64,000 bases of DNA from Octopus sinensis (Eukaryota): NCBI RefSeq assembly GCF_006345805.1, contig NC_043001.1, positions 39,308,001-39,372,000 of the forward strand, in the 5' to 3' direction. The position numbers and the translations under genes are program-made. This document shows, piece by piece, positions 13,030 to 25,815 of the stretch. Below the pieces are notes generated by a model. That model ran no database searches and was not told the DNA's origin. It worked only from the letters and a program-made list of their open reading frames with translations. Every line of letters starts with the position of its first letter. The stretch's first letter is position 1.

Positions 13030-13965
13030 ATGATGATCCCACATTCATGGATCATCGAGTGCTTAGATTTGTTTGGAATTGTGCGGAATATAACGTGTTT
13101 CCTGAAGAGAAGTAAGGCAGGGTGGAAAACTGAACTGACATCTTACAGAAAAAGCTTCATGGCACCCTGGGTATCAGAAGAAGGATTTTCCAGGGTGATA
13201 GCTTATCTCCATTGTTTTTTGTTCTTTGCATGATACCCCTGACCTTGGTACTTAGGAAAATGAATTTGGGGTACCAGCTAAAGGGAAAATCTCAAATAAT
13301 CAACCACCTCCTCTTCATATGTGTGTGAGAGAGGTGAAACCATATAGCACATCATTAATAAATACCCCAAATTGGCACAACTTGAATACAAAAGATGCCA
13401 TGACAATATAGCAAGAACGATCCATTAGGAGCTCTGTGGAAATCACAGCCTACTAAGAGCAAAGATGTGGTATGAGGAAACCCCAGAAGGAGTCACTGAG
13501 AATGAGAATTGCAATATCTTGTGGGATGCAATGATTGAGTGCAATCACCTGATCAAATATCGGAAACCAGACATTGTTGTGGTGAATAAAAAAGAAAGAA
13601 CATGCATGATAATCAACATAGTATGCCCTGACAAAAGGATCAATGTGAAAGAAGAAGAAGAAAACAATAACTCTGACGATTTGAAGTGGGAATTATGAAG
13701 GTTGTAGTTAATGAGGAGAGTAGATTTATTACCAATAGTAATTGGTGCACTTAGAAGTATCAGTACTCAACTACCAACATGGCTAAAAATATTGGTGCAA
13801 GTGGGAAGGTAGAACACCAACAAAAATTAGCATTGCTTGGAACTGCAAGAATTATTTGCCGTGTTCTTGAAGCATGACCAGTAAACAAGTGTCATTTTGG
13901 CCTGCAAGCTGTGGACAGCTGACACTTTCCATCATACCCAGCAAAATAAGCTGAGTTTTCATCAC
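13030..13965 (+). mobile_element. R4/Dong-like non-LTR retrotransposon remnant (RT fragment plus restriction-like endonuclease), internally deleted
   Basis: IPHSWIIECL and GIFQGDSLSPL (RT), then WYEETPEGV...ILWD...RKPDIVVV and GTARII..VL* (RLE). Flanked by (AAT/GAT)n and (AAC/AAT)n. Confidence 0.8.
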
Positions 13966-14138
13966 ATAATAACAACAACAATAATAATAATATGCAGCAC
14001 TAGGCAGCAGCTCCCATGGTTTTTGATCTTAACTGATTGGAAGTGTTATCATGTATATTGCACATTTTTTTATCAACCTCCAAAAAGATGGAAGGTAAAG
14101 TTAGATGAAATGCCAATGATTCTGCCAGCTTGCTATCT

Positions 14139-14139
14139 C

Positions 14140-14196
<57 letters not shown>
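14139..14196. repeat. (AAT)n microsatellite
   Basis: About 19 perfect AAT units. Confidence 0.95.
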
Positions 14197-14198
<2 letters not shown>

Positions 14199-14480
14199 CG
14201 ACAGCTAGCTGGCAGAAATGTTATATTTTTTTTATGTATAGCCTGTTACTAGGTAATAAAGAAATAAGAAATGTTATCACACCGGGCGAAATGCTTAGAA
14301 GTATTTCATCTGTCTTTACGTTCTAAGTTCAAATTCCACTGAGGTCGACTTTGCCTTTCATCCTTTCAGGGTCGATAAATTAAGTACCAATTGCACACTG
14401 GGGTCAATCTTATTGACTGGCCCCCCTCCCCAAAAAAATTTCAGGCATTGTACCTAGAGTAGAAAAGAATAATAATAATA
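14196..14480 (+). mobile_element. tRNA-derived SINE carrying a 42-bp internal insertion
   Basis: Body cgaaatgcttag...gttcaaattcc...gtcgactttgcctttcatcc...gtagaaaagaataataata. The insert 14225-14266 is flanked by agaaatgttat repeats. Confidence 0.85.
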
Positions 14481-14776
14481 ATACACCAGTTTGTTTTTTG
14501 TATGTACCTGATGCATGTGTCATGCTTTAGAGAAAGAAACTGCTGAAAGAAATTTTGTTGCAATAAAAATTGTTAACTAGATTTCTTGCAATTTCTGGAA
14601 GAGTCTTGAAACCTATATCTTGTATTACTATTTCTCAAGATCCATGCCTACTGAGCCACCAAAGCAGCAATGATCTTAACAAAAAAATTAAGATGCTTAA
14701 ATTTGGTGCCTGTGTCAAGCAAGGGAGAGAGGAAATGAGAGAGAAGGTGAGGAGGAGTGGCTGATAGGTATTTGAA

Positions 14777-14831
<55 letters not shown>

Positions 14832-15269
14832 TAGACATTTCTACCCATTTGAATTTGGCCATACACCAGATAACATGTTAAATCTTATGTTCCGAAATTT
14901 AAATTTAGAATTTGTTTTAATTATAAAATTACACCTCTGCTAAAAATCATCTTTTGGCTTTCAAATACCTTTCCTTTCTCTTTCTATATTTTTGTTAAGT
15001 TACAATTTCTTGGTTTTGGTCCTATTTTTGCAATTTTTTGTATCAAGTAATGAACGAAAGCATTTAAAAAAAATTGAATTCATAGAACCGAACAAAATCA
15101 AAAATATTAATTCTATTTTTCTCCCTTTCCTTAATACTAACAAGAGCATGGTATGAAAGAGATTTGGCTGATATTTCTATCAAATTGAACAGCCACACAG
15201 AGTTGTTCAATTGGCTTTATTTGTTGATGTGTATAAGTAAACAAAAACTAAAAGACACATACTCACACT

Positions 15270-15304
<35 letters not shown>

Positions 15305-15424
15305 TAAGTAATTAAGGGTTTATTACTTAAACTTTCCTCGAATGGGGCTTTTACATGCCGAAATCTACTTGGTGAAATTGATGATTATTCCAAATTAATT
15401 AATTTCACCCTATATTATTACTGA

Positions 15425-15462
<38 letters not shown>

Positions 15463-15463
<1 letters not shown>

Positions 15464-16646
15464 TAGCAGTATAGCACGGCTTTGCTCAGGGTTAAGTGAA
15501 GATTATTAAGCTAATCAAGCTCTTTATTTCAAACCAAACTAAGTAACATCGATGTCAAATTTGAGCGAAATCCATTGAAATTGGTAAACTTTTGGCTGAA
15601 AATGAGTTGCTGACAATTTGATTGGAAGATCCCATAAGGAATCAGTTTATTGATTTTTCATTCCAAATAGAACTTAACCGAACACAACATTGCTGATTCA
15701 AAAACATCAATATTTATACTTTTCATACCCAACCCAGTTCTGCAGAATCAGTGTCACGATGGGAGCGCATGGGTTTGGAGTTTGATCAGCAGAGGTGATC
15801 AGGTTGCATATGCTAACCCTTTTGAAAACACCACCCCCATCATGTAACCCCCCTTTGCCCATGGGTTGGGAACTCTTCCAGCAAAGAAAATAGAATACCC
15901 AAAAGGGCCCCCAATCCTCTGTGTGAGAAGCAGTTATGTTCAGATCACAACTAAGTATATATATATTTGGGCAATACACACACAAACATATACGTACATA
16001 CATCTATTTTTGAAACATTGTTTACAAAATGCAACAGTTTTGAAACATTGTTTACAAAATAATAGCTGATCGTTTGCGAAGGAGCGTGTCTTGGGCACAC
16101 ACACACACACAAACATATACGTAAATACACCTATTTTCAAAACATTGTTCACAAAATGCAACAGTTTCGAAACATTGTTTACAAAATAATAGCTGATCAT
16201 TTGCGAAGGAGCGTGTCTCGGGCAACACACACACACATTGCATACATGTGTTTTGTATGCATACATGTTTGTGTGTGTGTGTGTGACTCAAGCCATTCAC
16301 ACATACATACATACATAACAACCCCTACGAAATTTTAAAAATCTGTTCTCTCTCTCTCTCTCTTTCTCCCTCTCTTTACACCATCACTAGAAGGGGACTT
16401 AACTCATATTTACAAATGGCATATTTCTCCAACTTGAAAAATGTTTAAAAGTTATGACTCAAAATTATTTTTACCGTTATTCGCTGTTGCCTCGGAGGAA
16501 AATAATTTGACAAAAATACAACTAGGATCGTGACGAACGTCCTCCTAAAGTTTGAGCGACGTGCGTGCTAATTTGTGGACGTGCATAATTTACATTCACG
16601 TACACACACACACACATCATACCTTTTATATATATATATATATATA
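15463..16646 (-). mobile_element. Non-autonomous Helitron-like element
   Basis: Minus-strand 3' end ...ccctgagcaaagccgtgctatactgCTAG|T and 5' end (ta)n-taaaaggtatgatgtgtg; both termini resemble those of the 27364-27761 element. Internal ~127-bp tandem duplication at ~15975-16225. Confidence 0.7.
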
Positions 16647-16989
16647 CTTTCCTACTATATAATTAATTACCATATCCTATATAGTGTGTCCTTGCATATT
16701 AGGTGAGTATTTCAGAAATATTCTCACCTTTTAAACAAAAACTGTCTAATACATTCGTATGTTTGTCAATTGAAACACTCTGAATCATTTAGGAGGTTTA
16801 TTGCTTTAATAAGAAGTTTTAAAATATGGATAACTGCATGAGGGGCACAGCACAAGAGCATCAGGATAGAAGGATAGAACAATTGTTGAAGGAACAGCGG
16901 GTGGAAATAAGGAATCAAAATTGTGCAAGGATGAGGTAGAGAAGAAACAAAATAAACCAAGAAGAGAGGGAGTGTATCTTATGTCATAA

Positions 16990-17630
16990 GCAGGAAAGAA
17001 ATCAGCAAAGGATAGAACAGATTAGCCAGGACCATAGTGAAGATAGACAAAAACCAAATAGATTCTCAATATAGCTTATGTAAATCAAAAGGAGAAAGTG
17101 TTACTCATATAGTAAGTGAATGTAGCATGCTTGCATAGAAAGAATACAAGAAAAGATATGACAACCTAAGGAGAATAATCCACTGGGATTTATGTAGAAA
17201 ACTAGGATTTGACCATACTGATAAATGGTATGAACATGAACCTAGTAAAGTACTAGAAAGTAAGAAATATAAGATGTGAGACTTTAACATTCAGACTGAC
17301 AGAGTAATTGAATCTAGAAAACCTGATTTAGTAGTGGTAGATAAAGAGAATTGAAAGTGCTTTATAATTGATAATTGACTTTACAGTCCCAAACGATGAA
17401 AAAATTGATATGAGAGGTATAGAAAAAATAGCAAAGTACTAGAACCTAGCCATTAAATTACATAGGCTATGGAAAGTGCAGGTAAAATGTATTCCAGTAG
17501 TTATAGGTGCATTAGGAACTATCCCTAAAGATTTGAACAGATAGGTATAAAACTTAGTTTAGTACAGCTCCAGAAAACTGTGTTATTAGGGAAGCTAGAA
17601 TACTTAGGAGGGTTCTTGACATCTAAGTTT
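16990..17630 (+). mobile_element. R4/Dong-like RLE LINE 3' fragment
   Basis: LCKSKGESVTHIVSECSMLA.KEYKKRYD (CCHC-type knuckle), WYEHEP, RKPDLVVVD, ARILRRVLDI*. Confidence 0.8.
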
Positions 17631-17929
17631 ATGCTTCAAGAAGCTTGAAATTACCGGAGAAATTTTGAAGGTATCCAGCAATTTCAAGATCCATGAATGC
17701 AGTATGCTATCAAAGGCCCTTTTATAATCAATCTATGTGTAACTGAGATTTCTGCATTTGTTATGACAGTTCTTAAGGATCATGCAATTAACTAGAAGTT
17801 GATCTTTATATGATAGAAGTGTGGCAGCTGTTGTTGCAAAGAAGGTGAAATCAATGGAATAAAAAGCACATGAGCAATTGGCTGGCTGAAAAATTGAGTA
17901 CACTCAAGTTGCCAATTTTGCAGTGATGA

Positions 17930-18660
17930 GATTGAAACTGTTGACCCTTTAATCTCCGAATGTAAAGTTTTAGCACCTGTGGAATATAAATCAAGACATG
18001 AAAGTCTTGGCCAATATCTATACTGGTTAATATGTCAGCATTTTAAATCAAACTGCTGATAAATAGTATAAGCACCACCCTTAGGTTGTAACTAAGGGAG
18101 AAAATGTAACAATCCTTTGGGACATTCCAGAACATACAGACAGCCCCATCAAAGCCAATAAGCAGGATATTGTTATGAAAGACTAAAACAATAAAGTCTG
18201 TTTATTGAATAACAAGCTCAGAAAATTTTAAGTTTTGCTCACTGAAATCGAAACAATTGTTGTATCTCAAGTCAGTCACTATACCAGTGATCAGTAGGAG
18301 CACTTGGAATGATCAAAAATGGAACTGAAAACTAATTGAAAATGATACTTGGTTAACCATCCATGCAAGGAGTGCAAAGATTGTTTTAATGGGTACATTA
18401 CATATATCGAGAAGAGCATTGTTGGTGTGAATTTTTTCTTTTGTCTTTCTTTCTTCTTTCCCCCTTTTTTCTTTCTATTTTTTTTTTTGCTTTTTCTATA
18501 ACTTATCTTTGTGAATGAACAATCTTATGTATTTATTTTAAAGGCCTACTAATGTATACAGTGAGCTTCTTTGTCCTAGGTGTTGGGAAAATACTCGGCT
18601 AGAAATTAAAACAAAGTTCAAAAAAGAAGTAAAACTCATAACGATGATGATAATGATGAT
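17930..18660 (+). mobile_element. Third R4/Dong-like RLE LINE 3' fragment
   Basis: ETVDPLISECKVLAPVEYKSRH, ILWDIP...IKANKQDIV; ends in a (GAT/AAT)n tail near 18640-18660. Confidence 0.7.
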
Positions 18661-19383
18661 GTGACAATAAGTATTACTTCTTTGTATGGTTACTATTTTT
18701 ATCTCTTATTGAGATTTTTCTAACTAGCTACTTTGCTTGTTGCAAAATGAGTGCCCAATGGTTACTTATTTTTCTATATATAGCAAGCTGGAACAAATCC
18801 GTTATTTCTAGCAGTCAAGTGTTCACAATTGAAGATGAGCACAAGTAGCTTGAAACCATTCGATCTTGTGATCCCATCATCTGCTTACAATATTGCACCA
18901 ATAACTAACTGGCAGGGTATTTGCCTGGGGTTAAAACAGTAGTAACATCAAACAGCCATATTGATGTAGTGATAAATATTACTTCTAATAATTACAATAT
19001 TCTGCTTAATACCTTACAATGGCAAACATTCTGGTTTTTATGTTTAACTTGAGCTTAAAACTGAAGAGCTCTCAGAGAAAGCAAATACCACCATATTGTA
19101 CATCCATATAGAATGTAACCAACAATTAAATGCCATCAAGCTCATTATCTTCCCTCCAATACCATCTTCAGCAGGACTATAGAGTACTGCAGCAAGAATC
19201 TATGAGGCAAACAATCTAAAGAAAGAATAATGTATATACCAATGCCATGTGACAACTATGCAAAAAGCACAGTGAAAATACCTAATGACATGGTATAACT
19301 CACCATACAACATAGTTGAGAAAAGTAAAATGTTGCAAAACATTTTCTTTGCTGAATAGATAAAAATTTGCCAAATGGCCATA

Positions 19384-20987
19384 CAGTTGCGGCCAAAATG
19401 TTCAGAACGACATTGTTTTCGTCAGAAAAGTGGGTATAAGTTTTTATCAAAGTTGTTTTATATTCTATAATTTTCACAGACAATAAATACAATAGTAATT
19501 GTTATTGTCTGAGATTTTGGCATAATTTGAGAGGATAATACAAAAGTTATGGATGATTTAGTGATTTACTGCAAAACCCATGGCGGCCAAAATGATCAGA
19601 ACGGTTGCTTTTACTCCGTGTTTTAGTATATTTGACTGGCGAACTCTAATGTTTTGAATTTGTTCACGCGACAGTTCGTTTACTAAACATTAGTAAGAAC
19701 ACCTGCAGTGTACTTTGTTAATATAATGCCATTTACTCCGTTACCAATTCGTCAGCAGATTATTAAGCTTCGAAAGAAGGATAATTTAAGTATTGTGTCT
19801 ATTGCAAAGATTGTTAACAAGTCAAAAAGTGTTTAAGGTCTACGATGATTGTGGTTCGTGTGAAGCAAGACAGTCTACAGGTAGGCCAAGAAAAACGACC
19901 AAGAGAGAAAATAATGCTATGGTAAAGTTGGTTAAAAAGGACAGATTTAAAACTGCTGCTGCTGTTTCTCAGGAAATGAGCATTGTACTGAAGAAAACTT
20001 TATCTCGAAAAACTGTCTCGTCGTTTAGTTGAACATGACCTAGAAGCAAGAGCACCTGCAGTGAAGCCACTGATCAGCTCCAAGAATAAAAAGTGTCGTC
20101 TTACCTTTGCAACCGAACATGTGTTGTGGTCTCAAGAAAAATGGCAAATGGTGCATTTCAGTGACGAATCTAAGTTTGTTATTTGGCTCAGATAAGAAAA
20201 GGTACGTTTGTCAAAAAGGAGGTGAAAAGTTGTCGCCTAAATGCCTTAAGACTAGTGTTAAATTCAGTGGAGGAAGTGTCATGGTTTGGGGAATGATATC
20301 TGGAGATGGTGTGGGCCCTTTGGTGTGATTACATGGAAAAGTAAATGCAGGAGTTTATAAACAACTTGTAAAAGATCATGTCTTGCCTGTGCTGAGAAAT
20401 TCAACTTAGCGACCAGCCATATTCATGCAGGACAATGCCCCATGTCACAAGGCTAAGGTGGTCATGAACTTCCTCAAGGCTGAAAAGGTTACTGTTATGG
20501 ATTGGCCTGTTCAAAGCCCAGATCTCAATCCTATTGAAAATGTGTGGAATATTCTAGGAGAACATTGGAAAGCCAGAAATCCTAAAACAACCGAACAATT
20601 ATGGAATGCCCTTCAAGAAGAATGGAATAAGATCACCCAGCTAGAAATTGAAAATTTAATTTCCTCATGCAGTCAAAGTGTGATTGAAGCTAAAGGGCTT
20701 CATACTAAATATTAAATAATTCCAGTATTCTCTGATATTTTTGATTATTTTGTTATTTTTTTCAACCGTTCTGATAATTTTGGCCACCATGGGTTTTGCA
20801 GTAAATCATTAAATCATCCATAACTTTTGTATTATCCTCTCAAATTACACTAAAATCTCAGACAATAACAATTAATATCGTATGTATTGTCTGTGAAAAT
20901 TATAGAATATAAAACAACTTTGATAAAAAACTTATACCTACTTTTCTGATTGAAACAATGCCGTTCTGAACATTTTGGCCACAACTG
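19384..20987 (+). mobile_element. Full-length Tc1-family (DD34E) DNA transposon with IR/DR-type ~225-bp TIRs; transposase inactivated
   Basis: TA flanks at 19382-83 and 20988-89. TIRs 19384-19607 and 20763-20987, each with an inner repeat of the terminal gcggccaaaatgtt/atcagaacg motif. Transposase 19726-20715 has FSDES, QDNAPCH and SPDLNPIE (34 aa between D and E), with frameshifts and stops. Confidence 0.95.
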
Positions 20988-21462
20988 TATATTCCAAAGG
21001 CTGTTCAGGAATATCAGCACTAAAGAAAGTTACAGCTGTACAAAAACATGTCTAATATTCTCAAGAACTACAATACAAAGTTATTACAAACTAAAAGTAA
21101 AGAGAAGGGAGCAGATATGCAACTGACAAAACATACATTTTTAAAAAACATATTTGTCTTAGCTATGCATCATACTCTGGAAAGTAGAACTCAATGAAGT
21201 AGATGCTTTAGTAAATTTATTCAAATTACAGAAATTACCACATATATTTGGGGCTCTGTTAGTTCATTATTGGCCAGTGATACAACATTACAACAACAAA
21301 AATGTAAATCAATAAAAAAAATCTCTTTTCAAAACTGTTGAAGTTGTGTAATCTTCTCATTGTTGTGTTAGATATTAATTTAGAAATGTACATATATTTC
21401 AAGTAAAAATTTTGAACAAATCAGCTGTTTGTACTTTATATAGAGAAAAAGTAAAAACTTAC

Positions 21463-21783
21463 ATTTCACTTGCAAATCGAGTTCCTCTGAATAGTTATCA
21501 AATTCATTTTTACCAGGAAAATATGCAACACACTGTAATTTCTTAAACTTCTTATTAAGAGTTAATGTCAGTTTTGATGATAAAGTAGTCAGCTTTCCTG
21601 ATTTGCTTGACTTGTTTGAAATATACTTTGTAACATTTTTTTGTGTTCCATCATTCTTAGTAATCAACCAAAAGACTGAAAATTCAGGGTTGGTGTCTTT
21701 AATAAGGCATTCATAACTTTTGTTCTGATTTTCCACAGGAACTGTTTTAGAAATACTCTTGATTGTGACTGATTTTGGTAAAA
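21463..21783 (-). CDS. IgSF protein, 3rd exon seen (Ig-like domain 3, C1/C2-set-like)
   Basis: Acceptor tttttctatttaag at 21785-21784, donor gtaagt at 21462; 321 nt, phase 1/1. Encodes (V)LPKSVTI...SYECLIKDTNPEFSVFW...SKLTLTL...KLQCVAYF...LDLQVK. Confidence 0.92.
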
Positions 21784-21959
21784 CTTAAATAGAAAAATTG
21801 ACAAAAATTATGTCAATTCATGAATGTATTTTAGTATGCATATGTATGTGTGTGTGTGTGTTTTGAAAACATATCTTTATTTTGCTGGATAGTGGAGTTG
21901 AGATTATAGCAATTTCATGAGTATTGTTTTTATACTTTTAGTTAGATGAAAAATAAAAC

Positions 21960-22560
21960 AGTATTATCTTTGTAGATATCAATAATCAGAAGGTATTACA
22001 TAATACTCACTGAACAATCTAACTTAGCAAACCATCATATATATGGACCGACTAGAATGCTCTCTTATGCTTTTTTTCTTCAGATATGCAGATGACATCT
22101 TCAAGTTCAACTCTTCTCATGGAGTGACTGACAGTATATTTTGTACAATAAATAATATTGACAACTATGTAGACATTGAAATGGAATACTCCATTGACAC
22201 AGGAATTCAATATCTACAGGAAAACTACAAATTAGCTTTAGCAATAAGCACTAAATCACTAAATATACACTGATATTACAGATGAATAACAAATGTGCAA
22301 AGCACATTTAAAGGAAATGTAACTGCTAATATAAAGCAGTCTAGAAGACACTGGCCCAAGGTACTGTGCAGTGAGGCTGAACTTGAAACCATATGCTTGA
22401 GAAGCAAAGATCTTTGTAATAGATTTTTAAAAAATCCACTGTTGTCATCTGTGCTGCAGGTGCCTAAATCTTTCTCCTTTCAATTATATGCATCAGTTAA
22501 AACTTCTCTACATTTGTTCCTAATTATGGTGTAGGGTACTGCCCATGGACTTATAACAGA
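21960..22560 (+). mobile_element. Degenerate Penelope-like RT fragment
   Basis: YMDRLE...FFRYADDIF...INNID..VDIEMEY, parallel to the PLE RT motif order seen at 55.9-56.7 kb. Confidence 0.6.
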
Positions 22561-22899
22561 CAAACTGTTGATAGGAACTTTCACTGTTGGCTATTGAGCT
22601 GGTCCTCAGAAAAGGGACTTCTGGTTAGGCAGGAGAAGAGTCTGGAGATTGAAATGGCCAATCATACTCTCACTGACAGTGAAGCTGATTAAAGCAAAAT
22701 AAACAGAACACCGACACACTTTTGTTTCTGGTTATTTTTATGTATAGCTTAACAAAGCTATAATGGCATCTTTTTGTTTCCATATTTTCTTTCTCTAAGT
22801 CATCTTTCATTCCTCTGTCTGCTTATCTCTGACTCTTATGTTACTTGTCCCTAATCTATGTTGTGGAGTGTATTCTTCACTAGGAAAGGTCTACATTTC

Positions 22900-23200
22900 C
22901 ACCAGCAAACCAGCCCTTTTGTAAATGAAAATTTAATTTGTCTGACTAATTGAGTTCACCAGATTGGTAGGTGGTTGGCTGGTTTTTTAAAGTATGTGTT
23001 TGACCAATTGCATCACAGGATTCTAAGAGCCTTACACCCTCCTCATTTCTTAAACCATATCCAAAACCTTCACTAATATCATGGTAAACATTGTCATGTT
23101 GGCCAACATGTTCATTGAAGTTGTCAGCTGCAATAATGAAAACACTGTCAATCATTGTTGAGATAGTCTGTAGAAGGAGCATATAGAAGTGGTTCTTCAA
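22900..23200 (-). mobile_element. RTE AP-endonuclease fragment
   Basis: AADNFNEHVG...GFGYGLRNEEGVRLLESCD matches the RTE APE region at 39950-40100. Confidence 0.65.
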
Positions 23201-24525
23201 TTTTTATGTTAATCCTGTGTGATACATGTGTGGAAATAAAAGTTGCTGTTGAGTTGTCTATAACTAGTCTCATCTTTGTTATCCTATAATACACTTTCTT
23301 TACTTCAATTATTTTATTTATATCTCAGCTAATAGTATGCCTATCACACCTCTCAATCACTGCTATTCACCCAGAAGAGTTGTGCTGCTCTCTCCTGCTT
23401 GCAAGAAGTTTGGTTGGGGATACTTTCCATCTCAACTCTTGCATCCAGTATATCCTGTTGTCTCTTCTGCAGCATCTTCATAATCTCACCAGATCCTACT
23501 TTTCATCATTTATGGTTGCAGTCCTATGTTTATATTCATGGTTGCAGCCCTAAATTTCTAGAAACTATAGGAAGAAGGGAATTCTTGAATAGGAGAGCTG
23601 TTTGCTTGTTAGTTGATTGCTGTTTGATGGCACTTGGTAGAATTACACTCATGAGATTTGCTGTCATTCATTTAGTCTCAAACACTTGCTGCATATGCTG
23701 CAATAGGTACTGTTTCCAACTTTTATCAATAAGCTTTTAATATTGTTAACATTACATTAATTGCCATTGTTGACTGGATCCTGGTATAGAAGGAGGAAGT
23801 AAGGGGGAACTGGATATAGAACATGAAGTATATGATCTAGACAACAATATAAACAGTCAAAGAGAGTGGGAAATTGAAGTGTTAAATAGTTACCAAAGGA
23901 TAGAAGAAAGATTTCTAGTTTAGGTGGTGTGGGTTTTAAAGGTAGTGGGAACAAGATTGGGTGGGAATGTCATGAACAGGCAAACCACAAAGTTTAATGT
24001 GAGAGAGAAAAACATTAAAGAGAATTTAACTTGTGCTAGTTGAATTTAGCAGATTAGAACACCAAAGTATTACTGGGTGAATGAATGTGGTAAAATCAAA
24101 GAGAGGAGGGGAAAAGAAATCAGTGTATATCTTAGCATGTTTTTCATTTACTGTATTAGCAGTTTGATAAGAATGAAAATAGTTGAAATGAGAACCAGTA
24201 ACATTCTTAGAAGCAATAAGTAAAGGAAACATAAGGCTGAGAGAATCTAAAGGAAATAATAAGAAGATGAGTGCATGAGAGAGAGAGAGAGGGGGGGAGG
24301 GAAATAGTAATAGTGAATGAAAGATATTAATGGAAAAGTGAAAAATGAATGAAGTAGACAAATTGAAAGATATTTCTGCTGCTATCAAAGATTTAGAAAT
24401 TTTAAAATTAAGTGCTGAATCCACGTGTGTGATTTAGATATTCCAGAAAAATATTAGAACAATGTTACAGAACTTTAAAGTTTAATCACTTTTACCCAAT
24501 CAGAAAACAGGATTTGTACATGATA

Positions 24526-25815
24526 CGAGGGGCGTTCAATAAGTAATGCCCCTGACCCACTTCCCATAGCAGTAGAGCAACGAAACTTGGCACAGTTATT
24601 AGTCTTTTTCTACATAGGAACCACCCAGAGTTACGCATTTCTCCCATTGCTTGATGCAGCTCTGGAGACCGTTTTTGTAGAAGACCCCAGCTTGGTCCTC
24701 CAACCTGAACGTGACTTCAGAAATCAAGGCTGCATCATCTGGAAAACGCTTTCCTTTCAAAAACAACTTCATGACTGGGAAGAGGTGAAAATCAGAGGGT
24801 GCAAGGTCAGGAAAGTAGGGGGATGGGGGAGGAGTTCATAGCCATACGCCTGTGCTTCTGATCTGGCGACAAGCGAGTTGTGGACCGGAGCGTTGTCCTG
24901 CAGGAGGAGGATGCCTTTGCTGATCTTGCCCCGCCTCTTGATTTTGATAACTTCTCTTAATTTCCTCAAAAGTGAAGCATAATAGGCTCCTGCAATTGTG
25001 GTACCCTTTGCCAGGAAATCTGTCATCACTACTCCGTCCTGGTCCCAGAAGACTGTGAGCATGACCTTGCCAGCGGAGGGCTGCACCCTTGCCTTCTTTG
25101 GAGGGGGTGAGTCACAGTGCTTCCACTGCATTGACTGGGCTTTGGTCTCTTGATCATAGTGATGGACCCAGGTTTCATCCTGTGTAATCAGTCTTTTGAA
25201 AAATTTTGACTCATCTTCTTGGCACATCTCCAAATTCACCCTCGAGCACTCAACGTGTTCTTGCTTCTGGAAAGGTGTGAGCAACCTGGAAATCCATCTG
25301 GCAGACACCTTTTGCATATGCAAATGGTCATGAATGATAGTTTCCACAGACCCAGTACTAATCTTGACCTCATGGGCTATTTGGCGAATAATTATGCATC
25401 GATCTTCCAAAATGGCAGCCTGAACTTGACGGACAGATGCCTCATCAATGGCAGAAGGGGCGACCAGATCTGGGAGCTGTTTCCACAGAGTTCCGACCAT
25501 GTTTGAATTCACGATGCCAGCGTTTTACAAGGTCATATGATGGGGCATCATCACCATAAGTTACTTTCATTTCATCAAAAGTCTCCCGTGGTGTGCGTCC
25601 TTTCAAATACAAAAACCGGATCACTGCTCGACACTCAACAGGCTCCATTTCCCACTTGACTCGTTTCAAACACCTGTAAATCAGAAACCACAATTAATTC
25701 AGAGCTGTAATTTTCCACGTAATTTATAGAGATATAAATGATTGCACATGCAAAATTTCAGCTAGATCAAACAACTGCAAGTGGGTCAGAGGCATTACTT
25801 ATTGAACGTCCCTCG
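24526..25815 (-). mobile_element. Full-length mariner element (1290 bp), transposase with two frameshifts
   Basis: TA flanks and ~36-bp TIRs (cgaggggcgttcaataagtaatgcc...). Transposase has an N-terminal HTH (MEPVECRAVIRF...PRSGRP), WISRLLT, TQDETW and LLQDNAPVH. Confidence 0.95.

Noticed and set aside
22575-22610. CUGAGGA...GAAA on minus at the end of the PLE remnant
   Set aside because: Stem II closing pair and stems I/III cannot be formed; at best a dead relic.
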